Numbered from the stretch's first letter, positions 1 through 7,432 are shown. The stretch is 18,105 nt of DNA from Candidatus Brocadiia bacterium (GCA_050015075.1 JBEKCB010000052.1:1-18105); one strand, 5' to 3'. The notes: a model not told the origin generated them from the sequence alone. Translations and numbers: made by a program.

Positions 1-1
1 T

Positions 2-76
2 CACAGGTCCACCTCTGAAACACAACTGCGTGAAACTCTCAATGCCCTTGTCGAATCGGCCGCCTACGCGGCATGA
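2..76 (+). CDS. 3' end of an ORF entering the window (…HRSTSETQLRETLNALVESAAYAA*), possibly a transposase tail
   Basis: The frame from position 2 is open to TGA at 74-76 and GC is lower than in neighbouring genes. It is followed by GTGCGAAACTATAG, which resembles some IS ends. Too short to assign a family. Confidence 0.3.
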   Translation, partial: HRSTSETQLRETLNALVESAAYAA

Positions 77-94
77 ATAGTGCGAAACTATAGA

Positions 95-246
95 CTAGTG
101 GTCTGTTACACAAGAAATGACGGGCAATGTCACCTTGAGCGAAGCGAAGGGTCTCACCCCATGAACCGCTGCAAGCCGCTGCGTATGAGATTCCTCGCTA
201 CGCTCGGAATGACGATCTTATCAGTTCGCGTGTAACGAAGCACTAG
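95..246. mobile_element. MITE-like element (repeat copy A) with 26-bp imperfect terminal inverted repeats bounded by CTAG
   Basis: Left end CTAGTGGTCTGTTACACAAGAAATGA (95-120) matches the reverse complement of 221-246 (CTAGTGCTTCGTTACACGCGAACTGA) at 20/26. The internal palindromic core spans 129-213 (GTCACCTTGAGCGAAGCGAAGGGTCTC … GAGATTCCTCGCTACGCTCGGAATGAC). Confidence 0.7.
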
Positions 247-351
247 TGTGGCGACGTGGAAATGAAATGCAGAATGTCCGGTCATCTCTGTTTCATAACT
301 TGCGTAAGACGCGACGCGCCGGAGGTTTTTCGTAATCGTAATCGGCCTTCT

Positions 352-2373
352 TTAGTTCGGCAGTATGTTGAAACTCTTCGGCGGCAACCCGGTCGCCAGC
401 CAGTAGACGAGGCCGACCGCCATCGGCACGAGTCCGCCGAGCATCTCGCCGGCGATCAACCCGAACATGAGCGGCTTGAGCCGCTGGTACCACGACGCGC
501 CGCCGTATTGAGTCACCAGGAACTTGATGCCCCAGCCGCCGAGGAAGGACGCCGCCAGCATCCTGCCGGGCCACGTGCTCCAGACCAGGAACAGCACCGG
601 GTGCAGCGGCCATTTCGGCCAGCGCAGACGGATCGCCGCGAACGCGAGCACCATCGCCAGGCTGGCCCCGAACGCGATCAGGCAGGGCGCCTTGGGCGAC
701 ATCTCCGCGAACCGCCTCCATCCGGTCACCGCCTCGGCCGATGCCAGGGTGCCCTGCGTCGTCAGGCGCTGCCGGACCTCGATGGACTTGTTGAAAGGCA
801 TCTGCGGCACTTCCGACGCCGCCCACTCGTCGTCGTGATTGACGCCGCGGTCGTACTGGAACGCCAACGTCACCGGCATCGCCACCGCCAGCCCGATCAG
901 AATCGCCGCCACGCTCCACGCCGCCGCGCGGCCGATTCTCTCCCGCCTCAGCTCGAGCAGCTTGAAGGCGTTGACCATGAACGGCATCAGCGCCTCGCGC
1001 GGGTCAACGGCAAGGACCGCCGACAGCAGCAGCATGATCAGCACAGGTTTCGCTCCAAGCGCGCGTGCGCCGAAGATCCCCCAGAGCGTGACGCACGGGA
1101 ACCAATACGGCTGGATCATGAACGCCCCGGTCTCCGCGATGAGCCGTCCGATGACGATGAAGAGCATGAAGATCATTCCCGTGTACAGGACCGCCAGCGG
1201 CCAGTCGAGACCGACCGAGATGAGATTGAGCGTGAAGAGGACCGCGCAGATCAGAAACAGCCGCGCGCCCCACGTGGCTTCGGGCGCGGGCGCTTCCGCC
1301 GTCGGGATCAGGATCGCGCGCCGCAGCGTCCGGCCGTAGTAATGCCGCCCGGTGTAGAGGATCGCCAGCAGCAGGCCGAAATAGGCGCCGAAATTCATGA
1401 AGCTCTGCGCGTTCGGGGCAAACATTCCGCCGGCGGTGAGCGAAAGCCCATAGCCCGCCAGCGCGCCGACCAGCAGCGGATAGAGGAACGGGCCGAGCCC
1501 CATCGCCAGCGACACGTCCGACGCCAGGAAGTACCCGAAGGCCAGCACGGTAAAATACACGGTCGGCTGCAGGTAGACGCCGCCACCGCCGGCGGCGTAC
1601 GTGGGAAACAGCGACACCAGCGACGACAGGTCCACCTTGGTGGGAACCGTCACGAGATACTCCGGGAACCAGACGGCAAGGTAGTTGTTGAAGTGGATCA
1701 GGAAGACAAGTCCGGCGCCGATCCAGAACAGGCGATCTCCGAGCACGGCGCCCCATCGCTTCCCGGCCTCCGGCAGCAGCGCGTTCGAGAACGTCGCCAG
1801 CGGATAACGGAGATGCTCATGCTCCGACCATTGGCGATGCACGACCAACGCCAGCCCGATCAGCCCGATCCACAGCAGCAGCACCAGCGGAATCCAGAAG
1901 GCCAGCGTTGCGCGCCATGCCTGCCAGGGCACCTCGCGCAGGTTGGGAAGCCCGCGCCCGTTGCCGATGCCGCGCACGAAACCGTTCAGCGCGTCTTCCG
2001 GATTTCCCGGCGAGGCCAGCATCTGCCGAGGGGCCGCCTCGACGATGCCCTCCGCCCGCCAGCCCGGCGTGCTCCGCTCCCACTGCCAGGGCATCATCAG
2101 CGTCACCGTGAACGTCCGCATCAGCCCCGAGCCGGGAATGCAGCACATCGCCAGGACCAGCGTCAGCGCCACCGCCAGCTCGCCGGCGGAGAACGCCCAG
2201 CGTTTCAGAAGCGGATTGAGCAGGAAGACGAAGAGGATCAGGCCGCCGTACACCGAGATCGGCATATTGCTGCCGACGAACATCGTCTGGCGCATCACGG
2301 CGTCGTTGAAATAGCCGAATGCGCAGACGAACGCGCCCGCCACAAGCCCCGCCAGAACCGCGCGCCATGTCAC
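352..2373 (-). CDS. Large polytopic membrane protein, DUF6785/DUF6784-like putative transporter
   Basis: 673 aa with many hydrophobic segments and a GTG start. Recognised family motifs: N-terminal TWRAVLAGL, RQW..HE.L.YPL, R..AETG, and C-terminal R.RWPKWPLHPV…W.IK..V..YGG…Y..LKP…GLI.GE. Confidence 0.8.
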   Translation of the reverse strand: MTWRAVLAGLVAGAFVCAFGYFNDAVMRQTMFVGSNMPISVYGGLILFVFLLNPLLKRWAFSAGELAVALTLVLAMCCIPGSGLMRTFTVTLMMPWQWERSTPGWRAEGIVEAAPRQMLASPGNPEDALNGFVRGIGNGRGLPNLREVPWQAWRATLAFWIPLVLLLWIGLIGLALVVHRQWSEHEHLRYPLATFSNALLPEAGKRWGAVLGDRLFWIGAGLVFLIHFNNYLAVWFPEYLVTVPTKVDLSSLVSLFPTYAAGGGGVYLQPTVYFTVLAFGYFLASDVSLAMGLGPFLYPLLVGALAGYGLSLTAGGMFAPNAQSFMNFGAYFGLLLAILYTGRHYYGRTLRRAILIPTAEAPAPEATWGARLFLICAVLFTLNLISVGLDWPLAVLYTGMIFMLFIVIGRLIAETGAFMIQPYWFPCVTLWGIFGARALGAKPVLIMLLLSAVLAVDPREALMPFMVNAFKLLELRRERIGRAAAWSVAAILIGLAVAMPVTLAFQYDRGVNHDDEWAASEVPQMPFNKSIEVRQRLTTQGTLASAEAVTGWRRFAEMSPKAPCLIAFGASLAMVLAFAAIRLRWPKWPLHPVLFLVWSTWPGRMLAASFLGGWGIKFLVTQYGGASWYQRLKPLMFGLIAGEMLGGLVPMAVGLVYWLATGLPPKSFNILPN

Positions 2374-2406
2374 GGCCGGGAACCTTTATCCAGGCGAGAA
2401 ATCCCC

Positions 2407-2429
2407 GGGCGGCGATTCCGTTGCCGCCC
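2407..2429. terminator. GC-rich intergenic hairpin, possible weak terminator or processing site
   Basis: GGGCGGC (2407-2413) pairs with GCCGCCC (2423-2429), just downstream of the 200-aa gene. No strong U-tract. Confidence 0.3.
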
Positions 2430-2451
2430 CTGTGCAAGACATCATGCCCAA

Positions 2452-3054
2452 TTATGGGGTCTTCCAGGTCACCTTGTCGTTCTCGTCGAACAGGTCCAGC
2501 GCCGGCCCGTCCTTGTCCAGGGCCAGCATCGCACGTAGGCCGCCGTTCTCGTCGAACAGGTCCAGCCCCGGCCCGTTCTTGTTATTCGTGGAGAGCCGGG
2601 CGCGAGTCTTGCCGTCTTTGTCGGACAGGCGTACGCCCGATCCCTCTTTGATCGCGACGAGCGAGGCGCCGGCCTTGCCGTTCTCGGCGGCCAAGGCCAG
2701 CACGGCGCCGTCCTTATTCGCGCCCAGGACGACGCTGAGATTGTCCTTCTCGTCGAACAGGTCCAACCCCGGTCCGTCCTTGTCCACGGTCAGCGCGGCG
2801 CGGAGGTTGCCCTTCTTGTCCAGCAGGCGCAACGCCGTCCCGTGCCTGTCCACGGCCAGCGCGGCGCGTATCGTGCCGTCCTCGTCCGCGAGAACGAAAC
2901 TGCGCGCCCGCACGTCCGCCGGCCGCGCCCAGGCCGCCAGGAAGATGGCGACGCACGCCGCCACGAGCGCCCCGCCGATCGCAAGCCGCAGGTTTCGTCG
3001 CTTCGATTGGGCGAGTTCCCGTTCCAGATTTTCCAGCCGTTCCTCAACGGTCAT
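2452..3054 (-). CDS. Hypothetical membrane-anchored protein with tandem ~22-aa beta-type repeats
   Basis: Strong RBS (AAGGAGG). Short N-terminal coiled coil (VEERLENLERELAQ), one TM/signal helix, then repeated G-P-x-L-x-L-x-D-x-x-G-x-x-R-A-x-L units. Confidence 0.8.
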   Translation of the reverse strand: MTVEERLENLERELAQSKRRNLRLAIGGALVAACVAIFLAAWARPADVRARSFVLADEDGTIRAALAVDRHGTALRLLDKKGNLRAALTVDKDGPGLDLFDEKDNLSVVLGANKDGAVLALAAENGKAGASLVAIKEGSGVRLSDKDGKTRARLSTNNKNGPGLDLFDENGGLRAMLALDKDGPALDLFDENDKVTWKTP

Positions 3055-3102
3055 AGCCGCCTCCTTTTCTGCCGCCGCGCTGCCGGCGCCCCGTGCGCCG
3101 GA

Positions 3103-3111
3103 ATTGTACCA
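3103..3111 (-). promoter_or_regulatory. Extended -10 promoter element for the 200-aa gene
   Basis: Minus strand reads TG-G-TACAAT about 50 nt upstream of the ATG at 3054. The -35 match is weak. Confidence 0.5.
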
Positions 3112-3335
3112 CGCGCCGCTGAAATGCGGAATGCGCCGTTCAGCGGTTGACCAAATTGGTCCTGCGACAAACCGCTACGAATCCTCGTTCCAATCAGGCG
3201 CGCGAGGGGCGCGCGTGGGTTTATCGTCTTACAGAACAGCAGTTTACGCACCTGTTGACGGGCAGCTCCCGGAAGACTTGCCGCAGACAGCATCCGGCCC
3301 TTGCGCCCGAGTAAAGAAATTTCGCTTATTTATAC

Positions 3336-3364
3336 TTGACACCGACTGACCTCAGATATATAAT
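3336..3364 (+). promoter_or_regulatory. Perfect-consensus sigma70 promoter
   Basis: TTGACA (3336-3341), 17-bp spacer, TATAAT (3359-3364), with an AT-rich UP-like tract upstream (3311-3335). Confidence 0.9.
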
Positions 3365-3392
3365 CACTACAGACTAGTTTGTAATGCAGACC
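3365..3392. promoter_or_regulatory. Putative operator over the transcription start
   Basis: TACAGACT|AGTTTGTA (3368-3383) is palindromic with one mismatched pair. It overlaps a second imperfect dyad, GTTTGTA-A-TGCAGAC (3377-3391). Confidence 0.6.
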
Positions 3393-3417
3393 TTATATGC
3401 CGAGAAAGGGCAGGGCA

Positions 3418-4062
3418 ATGAACGAGAACATCGGGGAAATGCCGGACGTTGAAAAGGTTATGAATCGCACAGTGCGCCATTCCTTGGAAGATGGAATTGG
3501 CGAAATGCTCTTCGGGGTTACGTTCATACTGGTCGGCCTGGTCATCTTCGGGGAGGCCACTCTGAAGCCGCCTTTCCCGCATTTCTGGACCATAGCGTTT
3601 GTTCTCGTGGTGTGGGCTGCCATCTTGCTGTCACGCTGGCTCGTTCCGGCGCTCAAGAAGCGCCTGGTGTTTCCGCGCACCGGCTATGTCGTTTCTCGCA
3701 AGCCGAGTGGGCGGCTGCTGTGGTTAGTGTTGAGCGTCGCGGCTATTCTGGGCGGCCTAGGAGGCTTCGTCGCAGCTTTTATTTCTCATGTCAACCCTGC
3801 GGCGCGCGCCTGGATTCCCGTTATCCTGGGGATTGAAGTGGGAGGATGGTTGCTATTCATGGGATTTCGGTTCGAGATGAAACGCTACCTGCTCCTTGCG
3901 GGATTTTCCCTTCTCGCAGGGATCGCCGGCTCATTGACGGGCACGGGAGCCGATCGCGGATCGGCGGTCTATATGGCGGCGATGGGGCTGGCGCTCGCGG
4001 TCTCAGGCGCGCTCGCTCTTCGCGCGAACCTGCGGCAGGCGCCGGGGCCAGAGGAGCAATGA
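3418..4062 (+). CDS. Hypothetical multi-pass membrane protein (~6 TM) paired with a wHTH regulator
   Basis: Hydrophobic ORF with EDG..E and K.R…PRTGYV motifs seen in membrane proteins encoded next to wHTH regulators. ATG 3418 follows GAAAGGG; ATG 3397 is an alternative start. Confidence 0.8.
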   Translation: MNENIGEMPDVEKVMNRTVRHSLEDGIGEMLFGVTFILVGLVIFGEATLKPPFPHFWTIAFVLVVWAAILLSRWLVPALKKRLVFPRTGYVVSRKPSGRLLWLVLSVAAILGGLGGFVAAFISHVNPAARAWIPVILGIEVGGWLLFMGFRFEMKRYLLLAGFSLLAGIAGSLTGTGADRGSAVYMAAMGLALAVSGALALRANLRQAPGPEEQ

Positions 4063-4065
4063 GCC

Positions 4066-4377
4066 ATGAACGAGCGCTTGCAGGCGATGGCCAACGTGGA
4101 TAGGACGATTCACGAGCCCTCGCGGCTTGTGATCGTTGCGATACTCTACTGCGTCGAGAGCGCCGACTTCCTCTACCTGCTCCGCGAGACGCAGATGACG
4201 AAAGGGAACCTCTCGTCCCACCTCGCCAAATTGCAGGAGAGCGGCTACGTGGAGATCGAGAAAACCTACCGAGGGAAGGTGCCGCTGACCATCTGCCGCC
4301 TCAGTAAGAGTGGGCGGACAGCATTCCGACAATACCGCGGGAACCTGAAACGCGCGATGGACAGTATGCCCAAGTAG
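4066..4377 (+). CDS. Winged-helix transcriptional regulator (HTH_34, ArsR/MarR-like)
   Basis: 103 aa with the family signature D..IHEPSRL.I…L…ADF..L…T.GNLSSHL.KL…GYV.IEK.Y.GK.P.T…L…GR.AF..Y. RBS GAGGAG. Confidence 0.9.
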   Translation: MNERLQAMANVDRTIHEPSRLVIVAILYCVESADFLYLLRETQMTKGNLSSHLAKLQESGYVEIEKTYRGKVPLTICRLSKSGRTAFRQYRGNLKRAMDSMPK

Positions 4378-4384
4378 CCGCTGC

Positions 4385-4426
4385 ATGGGGCGCGAGCCGA
4401 AGCTCTTGCTCCGGCCCGCGCCCCAT
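4385..4426 (+). terminator. Stem-loop downstream of the wHTH gene
   Basis: ATGGGGCGCG pairs with CGCGCCCCAT (10-bp perfect stem with further inner pairing), starting 7 nt after the stop codon. Only a short, offset T run follows. Confidence 0.5.
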
Positions 4427-4556
4427 CTGGATTTTGGCACTGCGTCAATATGTCGCCGCCTTGTGGACAATGCATGCGTCCATTGACCTCATTCCGCGCC
4501 GTTGCGAGATCAATACGACGACACGAAAGCGGCATGGTTATCAGGATTACTCTTAT

Positions 4557-4572
4557 TGTTCCACGTGGAACA
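4557..4572. other. parS: parS-type centromere site (ParB binding)
   Basis: TGTTCCACGTGGAACA is a perfect 16-bp palindrome (extends to 20 bp, 4555-4574). It matches the canonical chromosomal parS pattern TGTT(T/C)CACGTG(A/G)AACA and lies in an AT-rich intergenic region. Confidence 0.8.
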
Positions 4573-4712
4573 ATTGCGAAAATATATTACAATAGCAGGC
4601 TTAGAATAAACTTGCCTCGCCTGCTGCCCGGCCGAAGACCATGAATGAGCGAAGCATGTCGAGTGGCTGACCTTCTTGCGGTTGCGCGGGTCCGGTGGTA
4701 AATTCCCGATAT

Positions 4713-6488
4713 ATGGCAAATCCCGGGTCAATAGGAACCAGCCCCTTCCGCAGGGAAGCGCACAAGGTTGATCTCTGTGTGGTCGGCGGCGGGCTGGCGG
4801 GCATGTGCGCTGCGATCGCCGCCGCGCGGCGCGGCGCGCGCGTCGCGCTCATGCACGACCGGCCCGTTCTCGGCGGCAACGCCTCGTCCGAGATCCGCAT
4901 GTGGATCTGCGGCGCCGGCGGCGCCAACAACGCCGAGACCGGCCTCATCGAGGAAATCCTGCTGGACAACCTGTACCGCAACCCGCTCCAGGGCTTTTCC
5001 ATCTGGGACAGTATCCTGTACGAGAAAGTCCGGTTCGAGCCGAACATCACCCTGCTGCTCAACTGCTCCTGCCTGGACGCCGCGATGGCGGGCGAGCGCG
5101 TCCGCTCGGTGACCGGGTGGCAGTTGACCACGCAGACCTGGCACACCGTGGAGGCCGGCCTTTTCGCGGACTGTTCCGGCGACAGCGTCCTGGCGCCGCT
5201 GACCGGCGCGGAGTTCCGCATGGGGCGCGAGGCCCGGCGCGAGTTCGGCGAAAGCATCGAGCCGGAGGAATCCGACCGGCGGACCATGGGCATGAGCTGC
5301 CTCATCCAGGCGCGGGAGACGGACCGGCCCCAGCCGTTCATCCCGCCGGCGTGGGCGCATCCGTACCGGACTGACGACGACCTGCCGCGGCGCGACCACG
5401 GCGTGTGCGACAGTAATTTCTGGTGGCTGGAACTCGGCGGCGAGCAGGACTGCATCCACGACACGGAGGCGGTGCGGGACGAGCTGCTCAAGGCCGCCTT
5501 CGGCGTCTGGGACCACATCAAGAACCACGGCGACCACGGCGCGGAGAACTGGGCGCTCGACTGGGTGGGCTTCCTGCCGGGCAAGCGCGAGAGCCGGCGC
5601 TGCCTCGGCGACCACCTGCTCACGCAGAACGACGTGCGCGCGGAGGCGCGGTTCGACGACCTGGTGGCCTATGGCGGCTGGCCGATGGACGACCATCATC
5701 CCGGCGGCCTGCGCTGGCGCGACGCGCCGAACATCTTCCACGGCGCCCCGTCGCCGTACGGCATTCCCTATCGCTGCCTCTATTCCCGCAACGTCGCCAA
5801 CCTGTTCTTCGCGGGGCGGAACATCAGCGTGACCCATGCCGCGCTCAGTTCCACCCGCGTCATGGCCACGTGCGCGATCCTCGGACAGGCCGTCGGCACG
5901 GCGGCGGCCCTCGCCGCGCGCGAAGGGCTGCTGCCGCGAGGTCTCGGCGAGAAGCGCATCGGCGACTTGCAGCAGGCGCTGATGAGCGACGACTGCTACC
6001 TTCCCTGGAGGAGCAGGGCCGTGCCCGACCTGGCGAAATCCGCCCGGCTGACCGCCTCCGCCGGCGATCCGGAACCGCTGCGCAACGGCGTGGATCGTCC
6101 GGTCGGCGAGAACGATAACGGCTGGGCCGGCGACACGGGGAGCAGTTGGCTGCAGTACGAGTTCGACGCGCCGACGGCGGTCAGTCGTCAGCGGTTCGTC
6201 TTCGACAGCGACCTCAATCGCAACGGCCTCGACGCCCACCGCCGGAATATCCCGTGCTTCCATCCGCTGCGGCCGGAGCCGCGGACGGTCCCGCCGACGC
6301 TGACGCGCGCGTTCCGGATCGAGGCGCGGGATGCGGACGGCGCATGGCGCACCCTCGCCCGCGTGCAGGAAAACCACCAGCGGCTCGTCCGCCTGGAGAC
6401 ACGTGTGCGCGCAACGGCCATCCGCTTCGTGCCCGAAGCCACCTGGGGCGCCCAGCGCGCCCATCTTTTCGCCTGGGATGTCGAGTAG
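4713..6488 (+). CDS. FAD-dependent oxidoreductase (FAD_oxidored/PF12831-like) with a C-terminal beta-sandwich (discoidin-like) extension
   Basis: Rossmann motif DLCVVGGGLAG..AA plus LGGNASSEIR, DCSGD, GKRESRR, PYGIPYRCLY, AGRNIS and RVMATC..GQAVG. Start is uncertain (GTG 4695 or ATG 4713). Confidence 0.88.
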   Translation: MANPGSIGTSPFRREAHKVDLCVVGGGLAGMCAAIAAARRGARVALMHDRPVLGGNASSEIRMWICGAGGANNAETGLIEEILLDNLYRNPLQGFSIWDSILYEKVRFEPNITLLLNCSCLDAAMAGERVRSVTGWQLTTQTWHTVEAGLFADCSGDSVLAPLTGAEFRMGREARREFGESIEPEESDRRTMGMSCLIQARETDRPQPFIPPAWAHPYRTDDDLPRRDHGVCDSNFWWLELGGEQDCIHDTEAVRDELLKAAFGVWDHIKNHGDHGAENWALDWVGFLPGKRESRRCLGDHLLTQNDVRAEARFDDLVAYGGWPMDDHHPGGLRWRDAPNIFHGAPSPYGIPYRCLYSRNVANLFFAGRNISVTHAALSSTRVMATCAILGQAVGTAAALAAREGLLPRGLGEKRIGDLQQALMSDDCYLPWRSRAVPDLAKSARLTASAGDPEPLRNGVDRPVGENDNGWAGDTGSSWLQYEFDAPTAVSRQRFVFDSDLNRNGLDAHRRNIPCFHPLRPEPRTVPPTLTRAFRIEARDADGAWRTLARVQENHQRLVRLETRVRATAIRFVPEATWGAQRAHLFAWDVE

Positions 6489-6518
6489 CGGACCGCGGCG
6501 CGGGAGCAGGTGTATATT

Positions 6519-6665
6519 GTAATCCGCAGTCATTCCGAGCGGAGCGAGGAATCTCATACGCCGCTTGTAGTGGCGCCGTCAGGCGCTACGGCGTATGCCC
6601 TGACGGGCACACTACGAGCAGCGTGACGCGGACTTGAATTATGGAAGTTACTGCTTCAGGACATC
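6519..6665 (-). repeat. Composite repeat copy B (left terminus + GTAG REP doublet + right arm of the palindromic core)
   Basis: The reverse complement of 6529-6622 matches 15283-15376 at 86/94. 6529-6561 matches the reverse complement of 181-213 at 32/33. The reverse complement of 6617-6650 matches 17958-17991 at 27/34. Confidence 0.9.
6567..6615. repeat. GTAG-type REP doublet (REPIN-like)
   Basis: GTAG-TGGCGCC-GTCA-GGCGC on the + strand faces GTAG-TGTGCCC-GTCA-GGGCATAC on the - strand. Each unit is GTAG followed by a short hairpin. Confidence 0.75.
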
Positions 6666-7421
6666 CCGAAACCATTCGCGGATAACCTTCCTCTCCGGAA
6701 TATCCCGGAGCACCCAGGCATCCGTGTGGTTCGGGAATGGCAGCGCCAGAAAAGTGAAGTTGCCGCCGGGGAAGACTTCCTTGAGATAATTCTGCGTCGC
6801 GCTGACATCCTTTTCGTGGCTGATGAACTGCGGCCTGCTTCCCAATCGCGCGATTCGTCGGGCTGCGGCTTCCCGGTCGCTCTCGGCATACTCCCAACGA
6901 TCCACACCGTCATAATGGCTGTGGCAGAAGAAGCCGCGCCAGAGGGAAGCGATTTCGTCGTCGTGGAGCCCGATGTAATTGCACGCGATCGCGCCACGGG
7001 AGAAGCCTGCGAGGAACACCTGGGATGAGTTCCCGCCGTATTCCGAGCATGCGCGCCGCACCGTCGTCTTGCAGTAGGCAACGGTCGCCTCGACGTCGCC
7101 CCACCAGAGGAGTGAATTCACGCCGCTCTTCGCGTCAACGAAAGGCATGCACACCCAGATGACGCCCTTGCCGCCCGAGATGCCGTACCCGAGGTTGCTG
7201 CCCTCCAGCGTTCCGGGGCACGTCCTGTACTGGTTGCCCGCGTATTCGACGATGAGCGGATACTTCTTCCCCGCCTTCCAGTCGGTCGGCAGATAGAGCG
7301 CGTGATGAACGGCGCTCCCGGCGTATTCCCGGTTGACCTGCTTGACTCTCTTGCCCGGCGCCGGCGGGCCATCCGTTATTGGAGGCGTGAAGAGATCCTG
7401 CGGCGCCGTCTCAATATCCAT
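6648..7421 (-). CDS. Alpha/beta-hydrolase fold protein (putative esterase)
   Basis: Likely start MDIETAP at 7421, 11 nt after the DUF362 stop. Contains LYLP.DW..GKKYPLIVEY.GN, nucleophile elbow GFSRG, and a C-terminal His (NHTD). Confidence 0.8.
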   Translation of the reverse strand: MDIETAPQDLFTPPITDGPPAPGKRVKQVNREYAGSAVHHALYLPTDWKAGKKYPLIVEYAGNQYRTCPGTLEGSNLGYGISGGKGVIWVCMPFVDAKSGVNSLLWWGDVEATVAYCKTTVRRACSEYGGNSSQVFLAGFSRGAIACNYIGLHDDEIASLWRGFFCHSHYDGVDRWEYAESDREAAARRIARLGSRPQFISHEKDVSATQNYLKEVFPGGNFTFLALPFPNHTDAWVLRDIPERKVIREWFRDVLKQ

Positions 7422-7432
7422 CGCGCCGGGCC

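Noticed and set aside
87-99. ACTATAGACTAGT resembles the operator half ACTACAGACTAGT at 3366-3378 (12/13)
   Set aside because: No dyad or promoter context at 87-99, and it straddles an element junction. Most likely chance.
256-2538. 760-aa plus-strand ORF
   Set aside because: Antisense shadow of the DUF6785-like gene. It is R/H/Q-rich with no motifs, typical of high-GC DNA.
4430-4700. oriC in the AT-rich intergenic region around parS
   Set aside because: No TTATCCACA-type DnaA-box cluster is visible and there are no dnaA/dnaN neighbours.
4728-6557. 609-aa minus-strand ORF
   Set aside because: Antisense shadow of the FAD oxidoreductase. Its start (MRFLAPLGMT) is translated repeat sequence.
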